DNA from: an uncultured bacterium
GTDB taxonomy: Bacteria; Actinomycetota; Actinomycetes; S36-B12
Reading direction: 5' to 3'
DNA length: 34,574 nt
Assembly (NCBI GenBank): GCA_903908025.1
Contig: CAIVQM010000017.1
Location: forward strand, 1-34,574
Under the pieces are notes generated by a model. The model was not told the DNA's origin. It searched no databases and saw only the letters and a program-made list of their open reading frames with translations. Of this stretch, positions 17,542 to 25,750 are shown piece by piece. The position numbers and the translations under genes were made by a program. Positions within the stretch are counted from its first letter, which is position 1; each line of letters opens with the position of its first letter.

Positions 17542-18435
17542 ATGACCACGCGGGCATTGCACGAACGGGCTGAGCGGCTTCGAGCCGACGGAATCCCCTT
17601 TGTGCATGCCCGCGTGGTGCTTGCCGAGCGTCCGACGTCCGCCAAGCCGGGCGACGAGGCCCTCGTGTTGGAGGACGGCAGTATCGAGGGATTCGTCGGC
17701 GGCCAGTGCGCTGAGGCGACAGTGCGGGCGCAGGGGCTCGCTGCGATGGCGTCGGGTGACACAGTGCTGCTGCGCATCTCGCCGTCGCCAGAGCCAGCCC
17801 AATCAGGCAAGGTCGTCGTGCACAACCCCTGCCTGTCCGGTGGGACTCTGGAGATCTTCATGGAGCCTGTTCTGCCCGCACCGATGGTCCGTGTCATCGG
17901 CCACAGTCCGATCGCAAATGCGCTCGCGACGGTCGGTGCCGCTCTGGGCTATCAGGTCGAGCCGTGGTCGCTCGCGGAGATGCGATCCACCGACGCCGTC
18001 GTCGTCGCGTCGCATGGGTTCGACGAGGAGAAGTCGCTCGTGGACGCCCTCGACGCTGGCATTCCGTATGTGGGCCTGGTGGCGAGTCCGAAGCGGGGTC
18101 GGGCGGTCATCGATTCACTTGATGTGGACGACGCCCTCAAGGCACTCGTTCACACTCCAGCTGGGCTCGACATCGGCGCACGGACGCCTGAAGAGGTGGC
18201 GCTGTCCATCTTCGCGCAGATCATTGAGGAGCGGTCGGCTCCGCATCGCATCCGCTCGCTGCCGCTCTTGACTGAGCCAACTTCGGTAACGGCGATCGAT
18301 CCGATCTGCAAGATGTCTGTTGCTGCCGCCCCGACATCGATCCATGTCGATGTCGATGGAATCCGCTATTACTTCTGCTGCCCCGGCTGCAAGGACACCT
18401 TCCTCGTCGACCCGACTAGCCACATCGGGGCCTGA
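17542..18435 (+). CDS. XdhC/CoxF-like maturation factor fused to a C-terminal YHS (TRASH-type metal-binding) domain
   Basis: ATG 17542 (MTTRALHERAERLRADGIPFVHARVV...). XdhC N-domain plus a Rossmann-like region (VRVIGHSPIANALATVGAALGY). The C-terminal DPICKMSV...GIRYYFCCPGCKDTF matches the YHS signature. Confidence 0.75.
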   Translation: MTTRALHERAERLRADGIPFVHARVVLAERPTSAKPGDEALVLEDGSIEGFVGGQCAEATVRAQGLAAMASGDTVLLRISPSPEPAQSGKVVVHNPCLSGGTLEIFMEPVLPAPMVRVIGHSPIANALATVGAALGYQVEPWSLAEMRSTDAVVVASHGFDEEKSLVDALDAGIPYVGLVASPKRGRAVIDSLDVDDALKALVHTPAGLDIGARTPEEVALSIFAQIIEERSAPHRIRSLPLLTEPTSVTAIDPICKMSVAAAPTSIHVDVDGIRYYFCCPGCKDTFLVDPTSHIGA

Positions 18436-18441
18436 GCACCG

Positions 18442-19326
18442 ATGTCTCTCGTTGATCTCGTTCCTGATGCCGCGTCTTTGACGAGTCAACTCGCAGAGCA
18501 TGACTACCTTGCGGAGCCGGGTCTCGCGACGGCGCTCTTCTGTGCCGTCCGTCTGCCGCAACCCCTGCTACTAGAGGGCGAGGCGGGAGTCGGAAAGACG
18601 CAGGCTGCCAAGTCCTTGGCGCAGATGCTGGATACTCCACTCATCCGACTGCAGTGCTTCGAGGGCATCGACGCATCAGAGGCCCTCTACGAGTGGAACT
18701 ACCCGCGGCAGCTCCTTGGTATCCGGGTGGCCGAGGCAAAGGGATCTGATCTTGCGGAGGACTCGCTGTTCTCGCGCGAGTACCTCATCGAGCGTCCGCT
18801 GTTGCAGGCCCTCGAGCACCCGGGGCCGCGGCCGGCGGTGCTCCTCATAGACGAGGTCGATCGCGCTGATGAGGAGTTCGAGGCCTTTCTCTTCGAGATG
18901 CTCGCGGAGTCCGCCGTGACGGTGCCGGAGATCGGCACCTTGACGGCGAAGGTTCCGCCCGTTGTGATCCTCACGTCGAACCGCACGCGCGATCTTCACG
19001 ATGCGCTGAAGCGCAGGTGCCTGTATCACTGGATTGATTACCCGGATCTCGAGCACGCCACCCGGATCGTGCGCCTGCGAGTTCCGGAGGCGCCACCGGA
19101 ACTGACGGCACAGGTGGCATCCGCCGTGCAGCGCCTGCGGGGGATCGACGTCCAGAAGCCACCGGGCGTGGCCGAGGCGATCGACTGGGTGCATGCAGCG
19201 ATGCTGCTCGGTATCTCGACGCTCGATGCCGCGACCGTGGAGCAGACGCTGGGATCGGTGCTGAAGTACCGAGAGGACCAGGACCTCGCGCGTGCCGAGG
19301 GCCTGGCTTGGGTCGCCGGATCCTGA
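18442..19326 (+). CDS. coxD: MoxR-type AAA+ ATPase (CoxD)
   Basis: 294 aa with Walker A GEAGVGKT and Walker B LLIDEVD. MoxR-like length, positioned immediately before a VWA protein. Confidence 0.85.
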   Translation: MSLVDLVPDAASLTSQLAEHDYLAEPGLATALFCAVRLPQPLLLEGEAGVGKTQAAKSLAQMLDTPLIRLQCFEGIDASEALYEWNYPRQLLGIRVAEAKGSDLAEDSLFSREYLIERPLLQALEHPGPRPAVLLIDEVDRADEEFEAFLFEMLAESAVTVPEIGTLTAKVPPVVILTSNRTRDLHDALKRRCLYHWIDYPDLEHATRIVRLRVPEAPPELTAQVASAVQRLRGIDVQKPPGVAEAIDWVHAAMLLGISTLDAATVEQTLGSVLKYREDQDLARAEGLAWVAGS

Positions 19327-19332
19327 TGCTCC

Positions 19333-20559
19333 ATGACTGACAATGTCTTCCCCGACATCGTCGCAACATTCGGGCACCTCCTGCACGCGGCGGGTGTTCC
19401 CGTGACACCTGAACGCAGCACGCGCTTCGGTGCGGCCATTTCCCTGGCCCGGCCGCAACGGCTCGATGAGCTGTACTGGCTCGGCCGGGTGACACTGCTG
19501 ACTGGACAGGCGCAGGTCGAGACGTACGACGCCGTCTTCCAGCAGGTATTCCGCGGGGTGATCGACCTTGCGGACTTTCGGGGTGACAGCAACGCTGTGG
19601 CACCGCCGTCTTCCATCCCCAGCGGTGAGCGTCAACCCGGGGATCCGCAGCGGACGGGTGACACCCCGACCGGACCGCGCGGCACCAGCGCGACACCGGG
19701 TCAACGTGCCGACGACGGCGAGCAGGAAGAGGACTCGCCCAGCGTTCTGGCAGCGGTGAGCGGGGATGAGCGGCTCGAGACCCGCGACTTCGCGCGCTGC
19801 TCGGAAGAGGAACTGGCTCTGATCCGGCGCCTTGTCGAGCAGTTGCCGCTGGTGCCACCGATGCGTCGGGGTCGTCGGCTGCGCCGGCACTCAGCCGGAT
19901 CTCGGCTGGACATTCGCGGCACCTTGCGTCGTGCCCACCGCACTGCCGGCGATCCTGTCGTTCTTGTGCAGCGTCGTCGCACTGAGCGGCCTCGCCGCGT
20001 CGTGCTCATCGCCGATGTGTCCGGCTCGATGGAGCCGTATGCACGCGTCTACCTCCATCTGATGCGAGGAGCGGTGCAGGCACTGCACGCGGAGGCCTTC
20101 GTCTTTGCGACCCGGCTGACCCGCCTCACGCGTGCGCTGTCCTCTTCGCATCCAGACGTCGCCTACCGCAAGGCCGCCCTGGCGGCCCCGGACTGGTCGG
20201 GTGGAACGCGAATTGGTCGGGCACTGGCCGGCTTCCTCGACGAATTCGGACGACGAGGTATGGCCCGCGGCGCGGTGGTCGTCATTGTGTCCGACGGGTG
20301 GGAGATCGACAGCCCAGCACTCGTCGGTCTGTCGATGGAACGTCTGTCTCGGCTGGCGCATCACGTCATCTGGGTCAACCCACGCAAGGCTGGTGAAGCC
20401 TACGAACCGCTCGTCGGCGGGATGGCCGCTGCACTGCCCTATGTGGACACGTTCGTCTCCGGGCACTCCCTCCGGGCCCTCGAGGATGTGATGGTCGCCA
20501 TCCGATCCGCCACGGAGCGGTCCACCACTGCTGGCCTTCGGCATAGGGTTCCGGCATGA
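19333..20559 (+). CDS. coxE: VWA domain protein (CoxE)
   Basis: 408 aa with the MIDAS motif DVSGSM inside a C-terminal VWA domain. Has a central low-complexity linker and the classic MoxR-VWA pairing in a cox cluster. Confidence 0.8.
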   Translation: MTDNVFPDIVATFGHLLHAAGVPVTPERSTRFGAAISLARPQRLDELYWLGRVTLLTGQAQVETYDAVFQQVFRGVIDLADFRGDSNAVAPPSSIPSGERQPGDPQRTGDTPTGPRGTSATPGQRADDGEQEEDSPSVLAAVSGDERLETRDFARCSEEELALIRRLVEQLPLVPPMRRGRRLRRHSAGSRLDIRGTLRRAHRTAGDPVVLVQRRRTERPRRVVLIADVSGSMEPYARVYLHLMRGAVQALHAEAFVFATRLTRLTRALSSSHPDVAYRKAALAAPDWSGGTRIGRALAGFLDEFGRRGMARGAVVVIVSDGWEIDSPALVGLSMERLSRLAHHVIWVNPRKAGEAYEPLVGGMAAALPYVDTFVSGHSLRALEDVMVAIRSATERSTTAGLRHRVPA

Positions 20560-21050
20560 CAACCGAGCAGCCGCTATCGCACCTGAACGCTCGAGGCGAG
20601 GCCCGGATGGTTGACGTAACGAGCAAGGACGTAACGGCGCGTTCCGCCACGGCGCGCTGCCGCGTCACGATCTCGGACGAGGTGGCCGGCCTACTGCGGT
20701 CGGGGGACATGCCGAAGGGGGATGCGCTGGCCGTTGCGCGCATCGCAGCGATCCAGGCGACCAAGCGGACTCCTGACCTGATCCCACTGTGCCATCCCAT
20801 TGCCGTGCACGGGGTCGATGTCGATGTGACGCTGGTCGACGGCGTCGCTGGGACGGTGGTCGAGATTCTCGCGACGGTTCGTACTGCGGACCGCACGGGC
20901 GTCGAGATGGAGGCCCTGACCGCGGCGGCCGTCGGAGGACTGACGGTGATCGACATGGTCAAGGGCCGCGATCGTACGGCCGCGATCGACGAGGTGGTGC
21001 TGCTGGAGAAGATCGGCGGCCGCTCAGGTCACTGGGTCCGAGAGTCGTGA
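20556..21050 (+). CDS. moaC: Cyclic pyranopterin monophosphate synthase
   Basis: 164 aa with MVDVTSK ... DLIPLCHPI ... TGVEMEALTA, typical of MoaC. ATGA overlap with the coxE stop. Confidence 0.9.
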   Translation: MTTEQPLSHLNARGEARMVDVTSKDVTARSATARCRVTISDEVAGLLRSGDMPKGDALAVARIAAIQATKRTPDLIPLCHPIAVHGVDVDVTLVDGVAGTVVEILATVRTADRTGVEMEALTAAAVGGLTVIDMVKGRDRTAAIDEVVLLEKIGGRSGHWVRES

Positions 21051-21541
21051 GCCGCACCGCGCGTGTGATCACCGCATCGACCCGTGCGGCAGCCGGAACC
21101 TGGACCGACACGTCGGGCCCCATCGTGGTCGACGGTCTGAAGGCGCTCGGCCTTGATGTCGGTGCGCCACTCGTGGTCGCCGATGGGGAGCCCGTCCTGG
21201 CGGCACTTCGTGAAGCCGTTGGCGCGAATGTCGACTTGATCATCACGACCGGGGGAACCGGACACACGCCTACTGATCTGACGCCGGAGATGACGTTGCA
21301 GGTGGTTGATCGGTTGTCGCCCGGCCTTGCTGAACTCGTCCGCGGGTACGGCGTTGCCAACGGTGTGCCGACTGCGGTGCTGTCGCGCGGAGTGGCGGGA
21401 ATCGCGGGGCAGACCCTGATCATCAATCTCCCGGGATCCAACGGTGGGGCTCGTGACGGCGTGGCTGCGCTGTCACCCGTGCTCCTCCATGCCCTCGACC
21501 AGATCCATGGCAGCGATCATCCGCGTACGCTCGACGTGTGA
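21047..21541 (+). CDS. moaB: MoaB/MogA family molybdenum cofactor biosynthesis protein
   Basis: The GTG 21047 start overlaps the moaC stop (GTGA). Contains ITTGGTGHTPTDLTPE and IINLPGS motifs of the MogA/MoaB fold. Confidence 0.8.
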   Translation: MSRTARVITASTRAAAGTWTDTSGPIVVDGLKALGLDVGAPLVVADGEPVLAALREAVGANVDLIITTGGTGHTPTDLTPEMTLQVVDRLSPGLAELVRGYGVANGVPTAVLSRGVAGIAGQTLIINLPGSNGGARDGVAALSPVLLHALDQIHGSDHPRTLDV

Positions 21542-22158
21542 CCCGCTACGTCGACGTCCATCCGGAGAACCCGCAGCCCCGCGCGATCGCGCAGTTGGCG
21601 GACCTTCTGCGTGCCGACGGCGTGATCGCCTATCCGACGGATTCGGGCTACGCACTGGGTTGCCTGACCGGCCGGGCCAAGGAGCTGGAGCGGATCAGGG
21701 ACATCCGGGGCCTTGACGAGCGGCACCACTTCACCCTGGTGTGCCTTGATGTGAGCCAGGCCAGCCAGTACGCGGCGATGGACAACACCGCGTTCCGGGC
21801 AGTGAAGGCGTGTACGCCGGGGCCGTACACGTTCATCTTGCCGGCGACGAAGGATCTTCCACGACGGCTGCTCCACCCGAAGAAGCTCACGGTCGGAATC
21901 CGGATCCCGGGTGGTGAGTTCCTGCGGGCGCTGCTGACCGAGGTCGGGGAGCCGCTGGTGTCGAGCACGCTGCTGATGCCAGGCGACGACGAGCCGATGA
22001 CGCAGGGCTGGGAGATCAAGGACCGGCTCGACGACCTCGTTGAAGCCGTTGTCGACGCGGGCGACTGCGGCAACGAGCCCACGACGGTTGTCGACCTGTC
22101 GGGGCCTGAGCCGGTTGTCGTTCGGGTCGGCGGCGGGGACCCCTCGCGCTTCGAGTAG
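21538..22158 (+). CDS. YrdC/Sua5-fold protein, YciO subfamily-like (not a canonical TsaC)
   Basis: 206 aa. IAYPTDSGYALGC, HHFTLVC, TPGPYTFIL and EPTTVVDL closely follow my memory of E. coli YciO. The KxR (KGRP) motif of TsaC/Sua5 is replaced by RGLDERHH. The GTG start overlaps the moaB stop. Confidence 0.65.
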   Translation: MTRYVDVHPENPQPRAIAQLADLLRADGVIAYPTDSGYALGCLTGRAKELERIRDIRGLDERHHFTLVCLDVSQASQYAAMDNTAFRAVKACTPGPYTFILPATKDLPRRLLHPKKLTVGIRIPGGEFLRALLTEVGEPLVSSTLLMPGDDEPMTQGWEIKDRLDDLVEAVVDAGDCGNEPTTVVDLSGPEPVVVRVGGGDPSRFE

Positions 22159-22175
22159 CGGCCCCGGTCGCGCGG

Positions 22176-24374
22176 CTACGGCTTGCTGGCGGCGAGGAGC
22201 AGGGTCGCGATGTCGACGACCTCGACGCCTTCGGCAATCCCCTCCGACTGGCGCGTGGTCACCGCGTCGTTCAGCATCACTGAGCAGAACGGGCAGGCGA
22301 CAGCAACCTTCGATGCACCGGTGCCGATGGCCTCGTCGCCGCGGTTCTGGTTGACGCGAGTGCCGATCTTCTCCTCCATCCACATGCGTGCGCCGCCGGC
22401 GCCGCAGCAGAAGGACTTGTCGCCGCGCCGCTCCATCTCAACGGTCGTAGCACCCGTAGCTGCGATGAGGTCGCGTGGCGGCACGTAGACGTTGTTGTGA
22501 CGCCCGAGGTAGCAGGGGTCGTGGTAGGTGACGGTCTGGTCAACGGGAGCAACCGGGGTGAGCCGGCCAGCCTTCACGAGGTCGTTGAGCAGCTCGGTGT
22601 GATGCACGACCTCGTAGTTGCCGCCCAGCTGCGGGTACTCGCGCTTGAGGGTGTTGAGGCAGTGGGGGCACGTCACGACGATCTTGCCGGCCTTGACCTC
22701 ATTGAGGACCTCGACGTTCTGCATGGCCTGCATCTGGAAGAGGAACTCGTTGCCGGCCCGGCGAGCGGGGTCGCCCGTGCAGGTCTCGCCCTCGCCGAGC
22801 ACCATGAAGGACACCCCAGCGATGGTGAGAAGTTCGGCGACGGACTTCGTGGTGCGCTTGGCGCGATCCTCGAAGGCACCCGCGCAGCCGACCCAGAACA
22901 GGTACTCGACGTCGTCGGGGATGGTGTCCTCGCCGTCCATGCCGAAGACCCGGACATCGAAGTCGACCTCAGAGATCCAGTCCATCCGGCCCGAGGCGTT
23001 CATGCCCCACGGGTTGCCCTTGGACTCGAGGTTCTTGAACAGTCCGTTGAGCTCGCTGGGGAATTCCGTCGCGATCATGACCTGGTTGCGGCGCATGTCG
23101 ACGAAGTGATCGATGTGCTCGATGTCGACGGGGCACTGGTTCACGCAAGCACCGCACATGGTGCAGGACCAGAGAGCGTCCTCGTCGATGATCGGAAGCT
23201 CGAGGCCCGTCGTGCGGTGGCCGTCGAAGGTGTAGCCGTCCTCGGTCGAGTGTTCGCTGCCCTCGCGAGAGCCGATGAACGGACGTTCGACCTCCGCGCG
23301 CACTTCCTCGCTCACCGAGGCGAGTGCCTGCTCATGCATCTCGCCCAGACCGGGGTGCTCGCCCTTGGCGGCGAGCAGGTAGGGCGCCTGCGCGAACATC
23401 GTGTCGCGCATGTTCATGATCATCAGCTTCGGGCTGAGCGGCTTGCCCGTGTTCCAGGCGGGGCACTGCGACTGGCAGCGACCGCACTCGGTGCACGCCA
23501 TGAAGTCGACGTAGTTCTTCCACGTGAAGTCCGCGATGTGGCCCTTGCCGAAGGTGGCATCGTCCGGCGGATCCTCGAAGTTGACCGGCTCGCCCTTGTA
23601 GTAGATGGGCAGCAGCGGGCCGAGGGCGTTGGGGCGACGCGAGGTGTAGACGTTCACCGGTGCCGCGCCGATGTGCAGGTGCTTGGAGTTCAGGACGATG
23701 ACCAGGAAGACAAGCACGACCGTGATCTGCGCCCAGATGCCGACGGTCTCGATCCACACCAGGGTCGTCTCGCTCAGCCCGCTCAGGAAGGAGCCGAGCC
23801 AGTCGGAGAAGAAGGCGCCGCTCTCGAACGGCAGGTTGCCGAGGGCCGACTGGGCAGCGCGGTACCAGAACAGCGTCGCGACGACCAGGAAGATCATGAA
23901 CAGGATCAGCCAGGCCCCCTTGGTGTGCGACCCGAAGAAGCGTGAGGCCCGACCCAGGTTGGCGGGGTTGTTCGTCAGCCGCAGGAACGCGAAGATCGCG
24001 ATGCCGACGAGGACGAGGAGCGCGAAGAGGTCCTCGAGGAAGCCGATGACGGGCCACCCGCCGACGATCGGCACACCGAAGTCGGCGATGAAGAGAGCGC
24101 CGTAGGTCTCCAGGATGGTGAGCCCGAGGACGAGGAAGCCCCAGAAGGCGAAGACGTGGGCCAGGCCGGGAACGGTCCACTTGAGCAGCTTCTTCTGGCC
24201 CAGGACCTCGGTGGCCTCCGCGGTGACGCGGGCGGTCGGGTCAACGAGGCGCCCGGTCGCGGGCTTGCCGGCCCGCGCGAGCGACACGAGGTACCACAGT
24301 CGCTTGCCGGCGAAGGCGAGGACGAAGACGGTGATGGCGATGCCGACGAGGGCACGCAGCAGCATGTAATCCAC
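22176..24374 (-). CDS. Membrane-anchored (Fe-S)-binding oxidoreductase, HdrD/GlpC-like with CCG domains
   Basis: 732 aa. N-terminal ~6 TM helices, two ferredoxin-type motifs (CTECGRCQSQCP and CTMCGACVNQCP) and CCG-type Cys-rich regions (FWVGCAG, SFCCGAGG). GTG start. Confidence 0.8.
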   Translation of the reverse strand: MDYMLLRALVGIAITVFVLAFAGKRLWYLVSLARAGKPATGRLVDPTARVTAEATEVLGQKKLLKWTVPGLAHVFAFWGFLVLGLTILETYGALFIADFGVPIVGGWPVIGFLEDLFALLVLVGIAIFAFLRLTNNPANLGRASRFFGSHTKGAWLILFMIFLVVATLFWYRAAQSALGNLPFESGAFFSDWLGSFLSGLSETTLVWIETVGIWAQITVVLVFLVIVLNSKHLHIGAAPVNVYTSRRPNALGPLLPIYYKGEPVNFEDPPDDATFGKGHIADFTWKNYVDFMACTECGRCQSQCPAWNTGKPLSPKLMIMNMRDTMFAQAPYLLAAKGEHPGLGEMHEQALASVSEEVRAEVERPFIGSREGSEHSTEDGYTFDGHRTTGLELPIIDEDALWSCTMCGACVNQCPVDIEHIDHFVDMRRNQVMIATEFPSELNGLFKNLESKGNPWGMNASGRMDWISEVDFDVRVFGMDGEDTIPDDVEYLFWVGCAGAFEDRAKRTTKSVAELLTIAGVSFMVLGEGETCTGDPARRAGNEFLFQMQAMQNVEVLNEVKAGKIVVTCPHCLNTLKREYPQLGGNYEVVHHTELLNDLVKAGRLTPVAPVDQTVTYHDPCYLGRHNNVYVPPRDLIAATGATTVEMERRGDKSFCCGAGGARMWMEEKIGTRVNQNRGDEAIGTGASKVAVACPFCSVMLNDAVTTRQSEGIAEGVEVVDIATLLLAASKP

Positions 24375-24421
24375 ATGCCGAGACTAGCGCGGACTGATTA
24401 GTCCGCACGGGGTGACGAGGC

Positions 24422-25750
24422 GTGTGGCAGTCTGGCGCGATGGCCGGTCGTTGGCGTGGCGTGATCAAGGTCGCGCGCGATGATCCGGCGGCATTCCTCG
24501 CGGTGTGGCTCGTCACGGATGTCGCGGCCCAGTTCGTCCTTGCGGTGCTCCCCGACGCGGCGGTGCTGGGGGGGCCCTCACTCGGTCTCGTCATTGCCCT
24601 GGCGGGCTGGGTCATCAGCCTCGTCCTGTGGATTCGCACTCGCGGCCCAGGACCCGCGACCGGGCTCCTCCGTGCCTTCCTCGTGGCACTGCTCCTGCTG
24701 TGGGCCTTCGTCACGGTGCTCGGCAATGTGCGGGGCGAGTCGGCTGGCATCAACTCCCTGATGGCGCCGGTCCTGCTGCTGATGCTCCTGGCGAAGCCAC
24801 CGACCGGTACGCGCGCAGTCAGGGCAGCCGATGCCTTTGCCTGGGCTCTGGTGGTTGCCGCGCTGGTCTCGCTCGTCCTTGAGGTCGCTCACGTGATCCC
24901 CAGCTGGTACGAGGTCGGTGTCGACTGGGACGCGCTGCGGCTCGCGGACTACCGGGCGCCGCTTCAGGCAATCGCACTGGAATCAGGCGAGAAGGCCAAC
25001 TACTGGGTGCCCTTGGCGAGTCTGCTCGGACTCGATGGTCGCTGGGCAGGTGCCTTCGTGCACCCGAATATCGCCGGACCTGTCGGGGTGTTCCTGCTCG
25101 TCTTCGGAGTAACACGAACCCGTGCCCGCCGCGTGTTCTTCGGGGGTACGGGCGCGCTGATGCTCGTGCTCACTTCCAGCCGGTCGTCTTGGGGTGCCGC
25201 ACTCGCTGGTCTCGGTGTCGCCGCCGCGGTGTGGTGGCTGCGTCGACCCAGTCGCCTCTCCGCCGGCTGGCGAGCGGTGATCGTCGCTCTTCCGGCGATG
25301 GGGTTCGTCGTCGTGGCCGTTGCCCTGAATCCCGGTCTCACCGGCCGATCAGAGGTCTGGCCGGTCTTCGCCGACCTGTGGCGGCAGGCCCCGTTCCTTG
25401 GCTTGGGCAATCAGGGGATATCCGATGCGATCGCTGCAGGGGACTTGCCGATGTGGGCGACCCATGCGCACAACGTGCCCTTCGACGCACTCGTGCGATA
25501 CGGAGTCCTGGGCTTCGCCCTGGTTGTCATCGTCCTGGGCATTGCTACCGCCCTTGGTATCGCGGCAGCCCGCTCAGGCCGTGGGGCTGCGGGCATCGCG
25601 ATCGTGACCGCGCTCGTCGTGGGCGGGCTCGCCGACACCACTATTCAGTGGGGCTTCTGGGTCAACACGACATATGCGCTGATCCTCGCAGCGTTGATCA
25701 GCGCGAGCCTGCCGCAGCGGCCAGCGAGCGGTCCCACACCAGTTCCGTAG
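24422..25750 (+). CDS. O-antigen ligase (Wzy_C)-like polytopic membrane protein
   Basis: 442 aa with at least 10 hydrophobic helices. A central loop with TSSRSSWGAAL and a later WATHAHNVPFDALVRYG is consistent with O-antigen ligase/polymerase-like proteins. The start is uncertain (GTG 24422 or ATG 24440). Confidence 0.55.
   Translation: MWQSGAMAGRWRGVIKVARDDPAAFLAVWLVTDVAAQFVLAVLPDAAVLGGPSLGLVIALAGWVISLVLWIRTRGPGPATGLLRAFLVALLLLWAFVTVLGNVRGESAGINSLMAPVLLLMLLAKPPTGTRAVRAADAFAWALVVAALVSLVLEVAHVIPSWYEVGVDWDALRLADYRAPLQAIALESGEKANYWVPLASLLGLDGRWAGAFVHPNIAGPVGVFLLVFGVTRTRARRVFFGGTGALMLVLTSSRSSWGAALAGLGVAAAVWWLRRPSRLSAGWRAVIVALPAMGFVVVAVALNPGLTGRSEVWPVFADLWRQAPFLGLGNQGISDAIAAGDLPMWATHAHNVPFDALVRYGVLGFALVVIVLGIATALGIAAARSGRGAAGIAIVTALVVGGLADTTIQWGFWVNTTYALILAALISASLPQRPASGPTPVP

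Noticed and set aside
13947-19890. Large antisense ORFs inside the cox cluster (13947..14975, 15600..16583, 16611..17147, 18676..19890, 18971..19858)
   Set aside because: Each is opposite a cox gene with family-defining motifs. High GC suppresses stop codons in off-frames.
22497-23945. 482-aa plus-strand ORF
   Set aside because: It is antisense to the 732-aa Fe-S oxidoreductase, which has clear ferredoxin and CCG motifs. The translation is repetitive (Ala/Gly/Val/Arg/Asp-rich) with no recognisable motif.
25698-25750. 53-nt convergent 3' overlap of the O-antigen-ligase-like gene with hutH (and a 28-nt overlap of DUF2182 with mocA at 8917..8944)
   Set aside because: Both stops are fixed by the sequence, so the overlaps are real. 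Short convergent overlaps are common in compact high-GC genomes, and I see no structure suggesting a regulatory function.
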